Shown here: one piece after another, positions 38,662 through 50,902 of the stretch
Layout of the letters: every line of letters begins with the position of its first letter
Numbering within the stretch: position 1 is the stretch's first letter
Assembly (NCBI GenBank): GCA_013265495.1
Contig: MU061579.1
Location: 358,872 to 422,871 of the forward strand
DNA: 64,000 nt
From: Vicugna vicugna
Lineage: Eukaryota
Reading direction: 5' to 3'
Notes under the pieces: generated by a model
What the model was told of the DNA's origin: nothing
The model's database searches: none
The model's input: the letters and a program-made list of their open reading frames with translations, nothing else
Program-made: the position numbers and the translations under genes

Positions 38662-41179
38662 ACTTGCATCAAAGTCTTAACCACAGAGCCTCTTCTTACT
38701 TTGAGCCCCACTGAAACCTGGCAGGAGTTGTGTTTTGTTTTTTATAATAAGAGATGCAAGACGCAGTAATTTGCCTTTGGCTTTGGGGACATTCCTGGTT
38801 TGTACCTGACTACCACAATTTAAAACGTTTTATAGATGAGGCAGATTTCTAAATTTTCACATGGTTTATCTTTTACACATTGGAATACCTATTTTTTAGT
38901 TTGAAGAAGCAGGTCTAAATATTGATTCTTACTCTTAAGACCTGAATGAACTTATGTTTTTTACTTTCTCTTATCCTTGCATTGTTTCACTTTAAATGTG
39001 CCCTTTTGAAACTTGAAGGGAAGAAAAGATAAATATAGACATTTAAAGAAAACAAGATGGAAAATACGAAATTTGTATTGTTATGAATTATTTATTGATA
39101 AATAATTTTTCAACCCTACACAGCTTAAAGAAAGGGTACATAGAAAGATGGAATTACACATTACTAAACCCAGAAGATTTAAAAAATTGTTCATTAACTG
39201 GACTCCATGAATTCTTAAAATGGACATACAATGTGTATCTGTGTATATGTGTATATCTCAGGATCATAAGTGAGTCCTGTAAAAATAATGCACTAGTGGA
39301 AATCAAATGAGAGTTTAACTAAAATTTTAGATTCTGAAACTATACTAGAGCAGTAAGACCTTTAGAGATTATCTCTTTTCTGTACTTTTTTTTTAATTGT
39401 TTTATGTTTAAATCATGTACTCCAGCTAAGTCTTTTTTTACCTTTTCTAACCTCATTTTAGAATCTCATTTAAAACTAGGTAGACTCTCCATTTTTTCTG
39501 TGAACCATGGAGCATAATTATATAAACCTATGAGTATAGCCTGTGAGGGCTTGCTAGATAGACTTGCCCACATGAGAAGTAGGTCTATCACAAAACAGAA
39601 TTTGTTCCTTGGAACATATACTTTTTCAAATTTGATATGATAAGATATGATTTGATATGTCCAACTGTTTTTAAGGTATGACTGTAACAAATGAAGAAAG
39701 CTTAAGTTTATTCATATATATTTCCACTTTCAACATTTATCACAAAATTTCATTCCGAGTGAACCATTTGATGATCAGAATCTATATTAGAAGAACTGAC
39801 TCAGAATTATTGGTAGTACAGCCTGTGTTGTGTTATCTGCGGGTGATTTATTGGATAACAGGGATGGAACAATCATCAGAATTTATTTATGTAATCTGTC
39901 CATCCATAAGTCAGACTTAAAATCAAATTACACAGAATAAAAGAATGTCAATTTCATCTTTCAGTATTTCTACAAACCAGTAATTTTTCTTACAGTCAAC
40001 CTTGAAAGATGTATGAAAATGTCATGTGTGTTTCACTAGATACAGTAAATCAAGATATTCTTGATTGTGATTTAAGAAATGGATACCTTTGTGGAAAAGT
40101 AAATGATTACATTTGTAAGTAATAAACATATTCAAGTGAATTGCAATTGGAATTAATGTTGTTGTTTAATTTCATATAAACCATTATAATTTCACAGGCT
40201 ACCTGGGATCTATTCACTCATAAAAAATTGTGTGATACCCTATCGCTATTAGATTTGGACAAAAGAGAAAGAGAGGTTTGTTTGTTTAAGTTTAGAGTTT
40301 AAGTGAAGTGACTACCAGATCTTGTCTTTTGGTTTTAAGACCTTATTCTCAACAGGAAGGAAAAACAGAAGATAACTGTGCCATTGATTCTCCTAATTAA
40401 ATTTTTCTTCCACTGAATACCCTTTAACAAGAGAAACACAATAACAATTACAGTTGTTCACAAAGGATTATAGAAATGGTAAAAGGGCCAGCTTGAAAAA
40501 AATGCTTGTTTTTAATCTTCCAGAGAGAAATGGTACTCTTTCATTTCTGTTGTACTGGAGCATAAGAAATCAATGACAGGTACATCTCTCTTTGGAATAA
40601 CTTTTATAACCTTCTCTCAAAAAAAGTCTCTATTCTTGGCATGCCACCCACAGTTCACTAACTTTGAACTAGTCATGTCCAATCCCCAGTGCAGCTAGGT
40701 TGTTTCAGCTATCTTTGGTGGGAGAATCCCTTGAGACTTCTCCACTGAGATATTTCCAGTTGCTCTTCTCCTAATAAAGATGACTTTTTAGAAGCCAGCC
40801 ATGTTACTCATCAAATGAAATTCAAAGCTTACTTACATTCTTTTTTTAACATTTTGAAGGTCCTATTACTAGTGTGTATTTTAAAAAAATTTTTTTTTAA
40901 TTTCCTAAAATTTATTTTTATCCCTGTGTTTTATTACTTCAGGATTCTTATGTAATTATGTCTTATTGCCTGTTATTATTTTGCAAATGAGAGAGTTTCT
41001 CCTTTAAGGAATAGCAATACCTTCAGTCAGAACTGTTATTAGTAACACAGTGGGCTTCTTAAGTATATGTCTTAAATAAATAGTTAAAATACAATACCAA
41101 AAATCTGATGAGGGTGCAGTTTTGCTGCCATTATTAATGCAGGGTTCCAGGTCATTTTATTGTCTTTCTAAAGATTAAT

Positions 41180-42720
41180 TAAGTCATTAATCCACTGAAA
41201 ATTTACTGAGTCCCTAGTGTGTGCCAAACACTAAATAGTAGGCTGAATGAAGGAATAAGAACTAAGAAGGATCATGAATCTTAAAGTGTGCTTATTAATG
41301 GGAAGAAAAAGAAGGTAAACATATAAATAAGTTCATTATACAGTACAGTAGAAGATCAGATGTGCTTGGGGAAAAAAAAGTATGATATGTGTTCTAGGGA
41401 ACACGTGAGGGGTTCTTAATTTTTAAGTTTTAAGAAATCAGGCTAAGAATTAAGGAGAAAGTGACATTTGGGAACAATATTTCAAGTAGAGAAAGAACTG
41501 GTAATACCCTGAGACAGGCATATACCTGGTATATTTGAGAAATGGCAAAGAGGACAGTGTGGCAGATGAAGACAGTACTTGTGATCAGTTCAGAGTTCTG
41601 ACAGATCTGGGTTGTGAAGAGCATGTTGTCCCATTGGGAAGCCACTGGCTTTACTCTGAATGAGATGAGGTGCCCCTGGAGGGTATTTTGCAGAACAATG
41701 ACTTGATAGCACTGACATATTGAAAGGATCACTTTGGTTGCTGTGTTTCCAAGAGTCTCTGTGGAGACAAGAATAGAAGTAGCAATAGGAGATTACAGGT
41801 GATCTGGGTGAGTGGTAACAGTGCCTTAGAAAAGGCTTGGGGGTGGGATGGGTGTTGAGCTATCATCAGGTTCTATGCATATTTTAAAGTCAAGTGAAAT
41901 TTTTTCACATGTTAGATGTGGGATGTCAATGAAATGTTTCAAGGATGAATCAGGTTTTGTTTTGTTGTTGTTGTTGTTGTTTTTCTGATAGACTAGAATG
42001 CTGCAGTCCAATGATGGGGGAGAATGTGTGTGGATGGAGCAGGTTCTAGAGGAAAAATCCACATTCTGCTTTGAGCATTTCAAGTTTGAGATGTTCCAAG
42101 TACAGATGGCAAGTATACAGTTATATATAATTTTATGGAGTTTAGTGGAAAAGGCTGGACAACAGATATAAATTTGGGAGTCATCATTACACAGATGCTA
42201 ATTGAGATTGTGACCTAGTAGAAATCACTGACAAAAGGGGGGTAGGGGGTGGGAAGGGATAAATTGAGAGTTTGAGATTTGCAGATACCAATTAATATAT
42301 ATAAAATAGATAAACAAGTTTATACTTGTTTATCAATATCTAGTAGTAACTTATGGTGAAAAAGAATATGAAAATGAATATATGTATGTTCATGTATGAC
42401 TGAAGCATTGTGCTGTACACCAGAAATTGACATAACATTGTAAACTGAATATACTTCAATAAAAAATTTAAAAAAAAAAGAAATCACTGACAAAGATTCA
42501 AAAACTGATCCCCAGGGCATTCCAAATGTAAGAACTTGGTAAGAATTGGGATTAAAAGGAGAGACCAAGTACGACCAGTGTCAAAGGAAAAAAAAAAATC
42601 AGAGTGTGTGATATCCAGAAGCCAAGTGACTAGAACACTTCTAGGATGAAGATGTTATTAACTTTAGTAAATGATGATGTGTCAGATAAGATCCTGACTG
42701 AAAGTTGGTCATTGAATTAA
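41180..42720 (-). mobile_element. L2 LINE (long fragment, interrupted by L1 and a (TTG)n run)
   Basis: AAATTTACTGAGTCCCTAGTGTGTGCCAAACACT 3' end; GGCTTTACTCTGAATGAGATGAGG; AGTTTGAGATG; AGATATAAATTTGGGAGTCATCA. Confidence 0.82.
42236..42478 (+). mobile_element. 5'-truncated L1 3' end inserted in L2
   Basis: Perfect 16-bp TSD AGAAATCACTGACAAA (42220-42235, 42479-42494); G-rich tract, AATAAA and poly(A). Confidence 0.92.
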
Positions 42721-42959
42721 ACCATGCATATCCTTCTGCACGTAGAGTGGAGATTTTCTTTAGGAGTGGAACTACTAGCTTAAGTGTATGTATATCTTCA
42801 ACTTTATTAGACACTTAATTTTTTGTCCTCGACTTGCAACATTGGGTAGGATCATTTTGTGTAATGTTGAAATGAAATAATGGCTGTGGGCATTAGGCAT
42901 TGTGCATGACTTTAATGGGAATGCGTTAAATAGGAATCTTTCATCATCAAAATAGTTAC

Positions 42960-44652
42960 TGAACATATGTATTTCCTTACTCTGTCATCTGAAATGGCCT
43001 AGAATCAATTACACCCCAGTAAGAATAAGCACATCTAGTTCCCAGATTTTGGTTTTTAATACCATTCTACAGTAAATGGAGCCAGGACTCTTTGAAGTAT
43101 GGCTGATTCTAGGACTGGGACATTGAAAAATATAAGATGAGCATCGACTATCTTTCAGTGCCAGAAAGGAAATAGTCAAAAGTCCCCAAACCCCACAATG
43201 ATAGCAATATAGGCATCAACTGAAAAAAAACCCCAAAGAATCCAATATGTAACAATTTGATCAATAAAATGATGAAGTATTGGCCCATAACCCATATTAT
43301 AAAAATAAATATCATGAGTCCATACTGATGTAAACAAATAGTTGAGTAAGTAAACAAATGAGAGAGGAAAGACAAATGTCCTGAGCAGAAAAATGACCAA
43401 TAATTTACATAAATACTCTGCCCTGAGAAAGGAGGAACATAATGCCCACTCCTTAAGTGGGATCTATTCTAGTGTTCTTCTTCCCAAGAGAACAATATGG
43501 GGAAATAAAGAACTTTACAAAGGAGAAAACTGACAAACACTTCCTCAGCCAGGTGATCAAGGTTAGCATCACTAGTGATGTCATATTGGTAGGATGTATT
43601 CTTGATATGTCATGATAGTAGGACTTTATGTCAATGGCCCTCATCCCCAAAACATAAACCCCAGTCTATTCTGAGAAAAAACAAGAGCCAGATTCCAATA
43701 AAGGAATACTCTCCAAAATATCTGACCAACACTCCTCGAAACCTTCAAGTCTATCAAAATCAAAGATCTGAGAAAATGCCACAGTCAAGAGGAGCTTAAG
43801 AAAATGTGATGATGAAATGTAATGAAGTATTCAGAATGGGATCCTGGAATAGAAACAATCGTGTAAACATTAAGGAAATTTGAACTAAGAGAGGACTTTA
43901 GTTAGTGAAAATTGTTAGAGTTCTCCACAGAAACAAAATCAATCGGATAAATATATTTACAGATGTAGATATAGTATATCTATATATCTAGTAGATCTAG
44001 ATATATAGACATATATATATCTCCATTCGATATATGTGGAGACTTATTAAAGGGACTGGTTCACACGTTTATGGAGCCAACAGGTCCCACGATCTGCATC
44101 TGTAAGCTGGAGAACCAGGAAACCCAGCGGTATAACTGAGTTTGACACCAAAGTCCTGAGAAATTGGGTAGAGGGAAGGTGATAGTGCAGGTACTAGTCT
44201 GAGTCTGAAAGCCAAACAGCCAGGAGCACCCATTTCCATTTCTGAGGGCGAGCAAAGATGGATGTCTCAGCTGAGTGAGAGAGAGTGAGTTTGCCCTTCC
44301 TCCATTTTTTGGTTCTATTCAGGCCCTCAACAGATTGGATAATATCCACTTGCAATAATGAGGGTGATTTAAGTTTTACTCAGTCTACTGATTCAAATGC
44401 TAATCTCTTCCAGATCCACTTTTACAGACACACCTAAAAATAAACAGCTCTCTGGGCATCCCTTAGCCCAGTCAGGTTCACACATAAAATGAACCATCAC
44501 AACAACATATCAGTATTGGTTCATTAATTGAACAAATGCGCTATCCTGATGTAAAGTATTATTAATCTGGGAAACTGGGTGATAGTCTCTGTACTACCTT
44601 CATACTTTTTCTGAAAATCTAAAACATTACTAAAATGAAAATTTCATTTAAA
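42960..44652 (+). mobile_element. Old L1 (L1MC/MD-like) 3'UTR split by an MLT2 LTR
   Basis: AAATGGCCTAGAATCAAT, GAGAAAACTGACAAACAC..CCTCAGCCAGGTGATCAAGGTTA, ATGGGATCCTGGAA; resumes at 44502 with TATCAGTATTGGTTCATTAATTG...AAAATCTAAAAC. Confidence 0.75.
43911..44501 (-). mobile_element. MLT2 (ERVL, MLT2B/D-like) LTR
   Basis: TTAGAGTTCTCCACAGAAACA, TA-rich insert, AAGCTGGAGAACCAGGAAA, GTTCTATTCAGGCCCTCAACAGATTGGAT, TACTCAGTCTACTGATTCAAATGCTAATCTC, ACACATAAAATGAACCATCACA. Confidence 0.88.
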
Positions 44653-44861
44653 ATGTTTATTAAGAAGTTTCACCAGGATCTTAAAAATATTAAACAACTT
44701 CTTCCTATTCCAGCTTTACTAAGATCTTTTACTATACATGTGTGATGAAAGCTATCATATACTTTTATCATACACTGATACAATCATTCTATTTTCCTTT
44801 TCAAAATAATAAGACATGAGGTAAATGACATTAATAAGTTTCCCAATATTAAAACATTCTT

Positions 44862-45100
44862 TATTAGTCAGAATGTTACAGAATAGGCTGCAGTGAAACA
44901 AAAACAAAAACAAAAACCTGATCTCAGGATCTCAGGGATTTGAAAATCAAAGGCTTATATTTCTCTTGAACTACATGTTTATTGTAGTTCAGTGGGCACT
45001 GTGATCCATGTCATTGTCACACAAGGGACCCAAGCTAAGGAAACTTTATCATCTGGATGTCACTGGATACCGAAAACAGAAAGAAAGATCAAAGGCACAG
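44862..45100 (-). mobile_element. MLT1J-like LTR fragment
   Basis: TTAGTCAG...GCTGCAGTGAAACAAA...ATCTCAG...CAAAGG..TATTTCTC...AGGGACCCAAGCT. Confidence 0.5.
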
Positions 45101-45989
45101 GGACAGATTTTTGAACGATTGTTACTGGATCTTTTCTTCTGCCGTATCTAGTCTATAATTCAGTCTCTCCCGTGAATTTTTAATTTCAGATACTGTGTTA
45201 TTGCATTCTAAAATTTCCACTTGGCTTTTTTCTCCTTATGTTTATGTTTTCCCTTTGAGGAAGTTGCTGACTTTCAAAGTGGTGTCTGAGAAAATGAATG
45301 ACTGAGAAGAGTGCTTGGTAGACTCATGAAACCAAAGGGAAGAGCAGTACAAAGTGAAGTGCCTCCCGCTAGAGGAGTCTAGAAAAACTCAGGCATTCAG
45401 CTGGGATTCAGATGAGATATAGAGCAGAGGGTGAAGTGGAATTCCACTGGTTCTTACTAAGACCGAAGCTCATCCTTGATTCTGTCATTTCCCGATTAGT
45501 TTGAGACTACATGGAATTTCTGGTTCTCCTTGCTAGCAGCCTCCCAGAAGCAAAAAACAAATCCTGTCTGGGAGAATATAAATTCATTCCGAACCTTAAA
45601 TTATAATTTTTATTTGCAGTGCTTGGCACTGAATAATAATCAAGTGTATGAAAAGATAAGTCTTGACCTTTTTCTAAAAGCAGAAAATAGACACACTCCC
45701 GTAAGGAATCCAGATAATGAAGTTACGGAGAGAGGCTTTAAAGTAACCTATTTAATAGGTCTAGAAATTACAAAATATGCTAGAGAGAACTGTGCAGTAG
45801 AAACAGGAACCAAATGAAAATTCTGTCACTGAAGTTTTGTCTCTATTTTGCTATCAATACATTTTTTCCTAGCGATGGTTTTTTCCTGCTATTAAAGGGA
45901 TCCATTAAGTTTTACTTTTAGTCTTTACACTTTTTGAGATCCAGAACACAAATATGAGCAGAATATCTCAATGATGTAGGTAGAGGAAA

Positions 45990-46352
45990 AAACAGGGTAA
46001 ATGGCAGAGAAAAACCTAAAGGAAAAGAGTGCTGACTTAAGGAGGCAAAGGATGCAAGAATATATTCCTTATCATTGTGTTTATATAAAGTAAAAAGGCA
46101 GGAAAGCCTGATCTATAATGTTAGATGTCTTCGTAATTTTTAACTTTGGAAAGAGGAAGTAGGTGGTGCTGGGGACAGAGGGAAAGGCTTGGGCTTCTTA
46201 AGTGCTTCTAACGTTCTATTTCTTGGCCTGATTGATAGTTATGTGGCCCACTTTGTGATATTTCTTTAGGCTCTACTACACCGTAACATACCAGTTTCTT
46301 TACCCTTTTATGTTTATTGTATACATCAGAAAAAATGTTTACTATAAAATAA
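45990..46352 (+). mobile_element. L1ME-like 3' end fragment
   Basis: TTTATATAAAGTAAAAAGGCAGG, GGGCTTCT...AACGTTCTATTTCTTG, A-rich end. Confidence 0.55.
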
Positions 46353-46580
46353 AGGCCTTTATGACTTGTCAATCAATCACCAACACCCTCCTCATTCCCC
46401 AAAGCGAACAAGTTAACTGCCACGTGAATGTTTACCAAATTTGATTTTGGACTTAAGTGAGTTACCTGTGATAATCTGCTAATTTCAGGTTTTCATAGTG
46501 ATAGCAATGTTACATTTAAATTTAAAAAGAGTCTCAATCATCTAGGTGTCTACTTACTCCTGCTATTTGATTTTGGCCCC

Positions 46581-46890
46581 TGTGTGTATCAGGAGGTCAG
46601 CTGAACTGGGGAGAGCTGAGCTGTCAGGTGTCAGAGTAGCCATGAAAGCAGCAAGACCACAAGGCAAGTAACAATCGAGGCTTTAACTACTTAGGATGAC
46701 AGCACACGCAAGAGACCGAAGAGCGATTCTGTTTTTCTCCACACAACAGCAGGCTGCTTGGTGATGAGGGAACGCTGAACGGAAGGTCCTGGAGGTTTTA
46801 TGGACTCTGGGGTCAGTTGGTTCCCTCTAAGTAGAGCTTTTTGTGTTTTATCTGGTTTGTTTCTAGCCCAAGGTTGTGAAAATAGCTACC
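46581..46890 (-). mobile_element. Old ERVL-type LTR fragment (MER74/MER54-group-like)
   Basis: GC-richer block with GAGGCTTTAACTACTTA and GGTTTTATGGAC (antisense polyA/TATA-like signals); family uncertain. Confidence 0.35.
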
Positions 46891-46899
46891 TCTATTTTA

Positions 46900-47823
46900 A
46901 TGTAGAATCTTTAACATACTTGCTTTTACATTTTGGTCTATGATGTGTTGCAAATTGCTCTTTCTGTATGATGTGGAGTAGATCACAGGGTTTTGTTTTC
47001 TGCTTGTTTATTCGTGTTTTAAGAATATGATTATTCCATCTGTCCTTTTCCTATTTCATTACATTGACAAATTTGTTGAAAATTGGTTATATATGTGCAA
47101 GTCTATTTCTGGATTCTATTCTATTCCATTAACATGTTTTTTTAATCCTTATATGAAAACTACATTGTTTTGATCATGAGTACATATTGTTATTCAGATA
47201 GTATAATTTCTCCAAGTATGTTTTAGGGATTACAATATATTGTTAGCTTCTTACATTCTATTTAGACTTAATATTGCACTACTTCACATGAAATGTAAAA
47301 CAAAACAAGACAAAGTAATGTAATTCCATGTATTTCTCCAAACATTTGTACTTTTTTGTCATATTTTCTTCTATTTTTCCTTTTGAAAAATTTTTTCTCT
47401 GTTCTTAATCACGTATTTTATTAATGTTATTTTAGCTTTAAATAGCTATAATTTGAATATATTAATAAAATAAAATGAAGATAATTTTACATTTACCCTT
47501 ATAATTTCCATTTCCAGTCCTTTCCATTTTTTTGTGTATATTTCAGTTTCTGAGTTTCTGTTAAGTACCATTTCCCTGTGGCGTGAAGAATTTCCTTATC
47601 CGTTTCTTATAGGAGAATCTGCTTGCAGATAATTCTCTCAGCTTTTGTTTATATGACATTTCTTTATTTCAATTTCAGCTCCTTTATGAAGGATCATTTC
47701 TTCAGATGTGGAATTCTAGGCTGACAATATTTTTTCAGAATACTAAAACATTCATTTATTTTCATCTTGCATTCATTGTTTCTGATAACTCTGCAGGAAT
47801 TTTAAACATTGATGACCGTATCT

Positions 47824-47856
<33 letters not shown>

Positions 47857-49282
47857 CATTTTTTTTTTTTTTTTTTTCTTTAATAATTTTTAAATTTTTT
47901 TTCCTTTTTTTGGTTTTTTTTTTTTTTTTTTTTTGGTCCTCTGCCTATTTTCTTTATTTTAGGTTTTTAGGGATTTGACTACAGTATACTTATGTGTGCT
48001 TCGTTATATTTATTTTTCTTCTGGGTTACTGGGCCTCTTGGATCTCATTTTTTTCAATAAATTTGGGAAATTTGGAAGCCAGTGTTTGTCCAAATTTTTC
48101 TTTCTCTCTCTTTTTTCCTTTGGTGAATCCAACTGCATGTATATCACACTGGATCCCTCATATAACTGAGTCTCTTTTTTTTCCAACTTTTTCCCATTGC
48201 TGCAGTTTGAATTATTTCTATTAATCTGAATTCAGATTCACTGATCATTCTGTTTTGAAATTCATCCTGTAACTTTTTCATAGCAGGTATATTATATCTG
48301 AATTTTTCAGAATTCATTAGGATTCTTGTTTATAGTTCCCATGCTTTTTGAGATTCTCAGTTGTACTGCTTTTCTTTCAAATTCTTGTTTTTTCAAATTC
48401 TTGAACATATTAATAATACCTGTTTTAAAGTCTTTATCTGCAAATCCCAACATCAGTATCATTTGGGGGTCTGTTTCTACTAGCTCTTTTATTCTTTTGG
48501 TAGGAGAATACGTATCTCTGTTTCTCTTGGCTGTGGAATATGTTTCTGTTTTCTCATGTCTAATAATTATGACTGTTTGCTATTGTAAAATATCTGGGTT
48601 ATGTTTCCTCCTTTAACATACTGTGTTTTGTTCTGGCAGACAACTAAATGAAAATCGATCAATATGAGGCTTTATTTTAGGCTTTGGGTGATTCTGTTTC
48701 CATGTTTTTGCCTAGTTCTAGTCTGTGATCCTCCTTTGGCAGCATGATTTTTCTGGAGTGTCAGCTGCACCCCTGGGGAACTCAGCAAGAGGCTCCACTC
48801 TGGCTCTGCCTCACTGTAAAGTGTTCAGCCCCGGGAAGCTTCTAGTGTCTTTATTCAGTTATTAGTCCCCAGCAACTGCTCTTTGACAGACCTTAAAACC
48901 TCAGCCTAAGCATTCAGCCGAGGAACAGAGGGAATAACACGCTGGCATAAGAGTTCTTTTCTCTCTGCAGCTCTCCTTTCTACTCTCCTTCCTCACAAAC
49001 CTGTTCCACCTGGCAGCTCTGAGCTCACTGCTGCCTGCAGCCTCTTGCTTGGGTTCCTCCTCTCTGTGCTGTGGTCTGAAAAAGTCTCCTAGGCAGGAAG
49101 TCAGAGTGCAAGTAGAGTTCACTTGTAAGAGTGCTTCTCTTCTTCCAGATAAAACAGGCTTGCCCTCTGTTGCCCATTACTTGAAAACAATTGCCTCATC
49201 TATTTTGACTCTTTTCATACTTGTCTACAAACGGTGCAGTAGTCTGATATAATAGCTGTGTCATGGCTGGAAGTAGAAATCC
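46900..49282 (-). mobile_element. Old L1M/HAL1-like remnant (ORF1 region and 5'UTR, plus an ORF2-like piece)
   Basis: T-rich antisense L1 motifs (AATTCTCTCAGCTTTTGTTT, GAATTCTAGGCTGACA, TTTGGGAAATTT, TTAAAGTCTTTATCTG); 5' end TGTCATGGCTGGAAGTAGAAATCC. Confidence 0.65.
47827..47935. repeat. Interrupted poly(T) tract, about 110 bp
   Basis: Directly visible. Confidence 0.9.
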
Positions 49283-49362
49283 TAAATATATTTTATTTCC
49301 ATCTAGATAAAGAAAACTTGAGGTATCAGATTTGCTATTATTTATCTCAAAGCAACACTTTT

Positions 49363-49409
49363 TTTTTACCCTTTTTTTATTGAGTTATGGTCATTTTACA
49401 ATGTTATGT
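49363..49409 (-). mobile_element. Ultra-short L1 3' tip insertion (about 47 bp)
   Basis: T-tail plus TTATTGAGTTATGGTCATTTTACAATGTTATGT (cf. 28268-28301); 16-bp TSD TCAAAGCAA(C/T)ACTTTT at 49347-49362 and 49410-49425. Confidence 0.88.
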
Positions 49410-49589
49410 TCAAAGCAATACTTTTGAGGGAAGTGCATTCTACCCTGTCTCAATCTAAAGGGGAATTTAGCTTGATTTAACTGAGTTCGTTAGAACCTGG
49501 TCGGCAAGATTACCATGGAGACAACAACATTTAAATATTCACTTTGGATTTACAGGCTGACAAAACATCATTGTCATCACCATCATCGT

Positions 49590-49760
49590 AAGAGCTAACA
49601 TTGAATATTTTTACAGATAATACACTTTTGAACTCACTCGATAGTCATGGCAACCTTATGATTTGACAATATGCCATGTAAGGAGACTGAGGAATTTGCT
49701 CACAGTCATTCATAGAGGATACCTTGGAGCCAGGAATCTAATAGAAGCGGCCCCACATCA
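49590..49760 (-). mobile_element. MIR SINE fragment
   Basis: AGCTAACATTGAA, CAACCTTATGA, GGAGACTGAGG..ATTTGCTCACAGTCA, GGAGCCAGGAAT. Confidence 0.55.
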
Positions 49761-50902
49761 TACCTTAACTAGTGTGTTTTACCACCTCAGAAGACCAGCC
49801 TTTTCCCTTGTGATCTTCAAAAACATGCTTTTCTTCACATCTTGCTGTATATATCGCTCCATTCCACTCCACTGCCTCATAAAATAGAAGTAAACTGAGT
49901 GTGGAAAAAGTAGAGAACACAGAGTTAGAATTATAGATAGCTCTAATGAGCATTTCTAGGAAAGAGCATCTTATGGTCAGAATTATTAATTTAAGACATA
50001 CCTGTATTTCCACTCCAAATTCCACATTGAGGAGGTATTGTTTATATTTCAGGACTCAGAATAGATGTCGCTTCTTCTACAAAAACTTTCTTAAATATTC
50101 ACTTTTACCTCACCTCCCAATTGGATGGGACATCCCTTTTCTGGGTGTTGGAATCTGTACCACAGTACTCACGATGCTATCCTGGAAATGCCTTTACTTA
50201 TCTATTGATGGACTCCAGCGCCAAAAACTTGAATCTTGAAAACTGGGGCTTGTGTTATTCACTGTTTTAACTCAAGAATAGGAGAATGTGCCTAAAAAAT
50301 AGTAGGAGTTCAAATTTAAAAAAAGAATACATGTCTTGTACAACCAAGAATGTTGAAACACAGCTATACATGATACAGCTAAGATCTGCCTTCAAAACAA
50401 GATGATTTCCACCTTTGCCATCACGAAGCCCAGCCTAATTATGCTATGATTATTTTTAGCCTTTCTTCTGGAAACGTTTGCCACTGCTGGTGCAGTGGAA
50501 GACAGGCTTACATATCCATGAAACAGTCATAGACCAGCTTCCTTGTGTTAACTGTAGCTGTGCAGTATTATTTACTAGGAGTATAATCTACTGAAATCTT
50601 CATATGGCCTTTTATTATCTCAATTAATTGTTTTGGGAGATAAATGACAGTTAAGAAATTTTGCTGAACATACAAGTGTTAAATGTAGAAGAATTATTCT
50701 TTTGATACAACATGAAAGTAAAAATTCTTTTAATGTGCCTTAATTAGCAAGAAAATACTTCCTTTTTCACACAGATGTACAGTCAGAGTGTTAAAACAAG
50801 TCAGTAAAATAGTTTTAAAGGGTGACATAACCTGTGTCACACATTTGTCAAAATATACATGCTTTCAGAAAAATAATCCTACAGAAATACCTAATTAATT
50901 TT

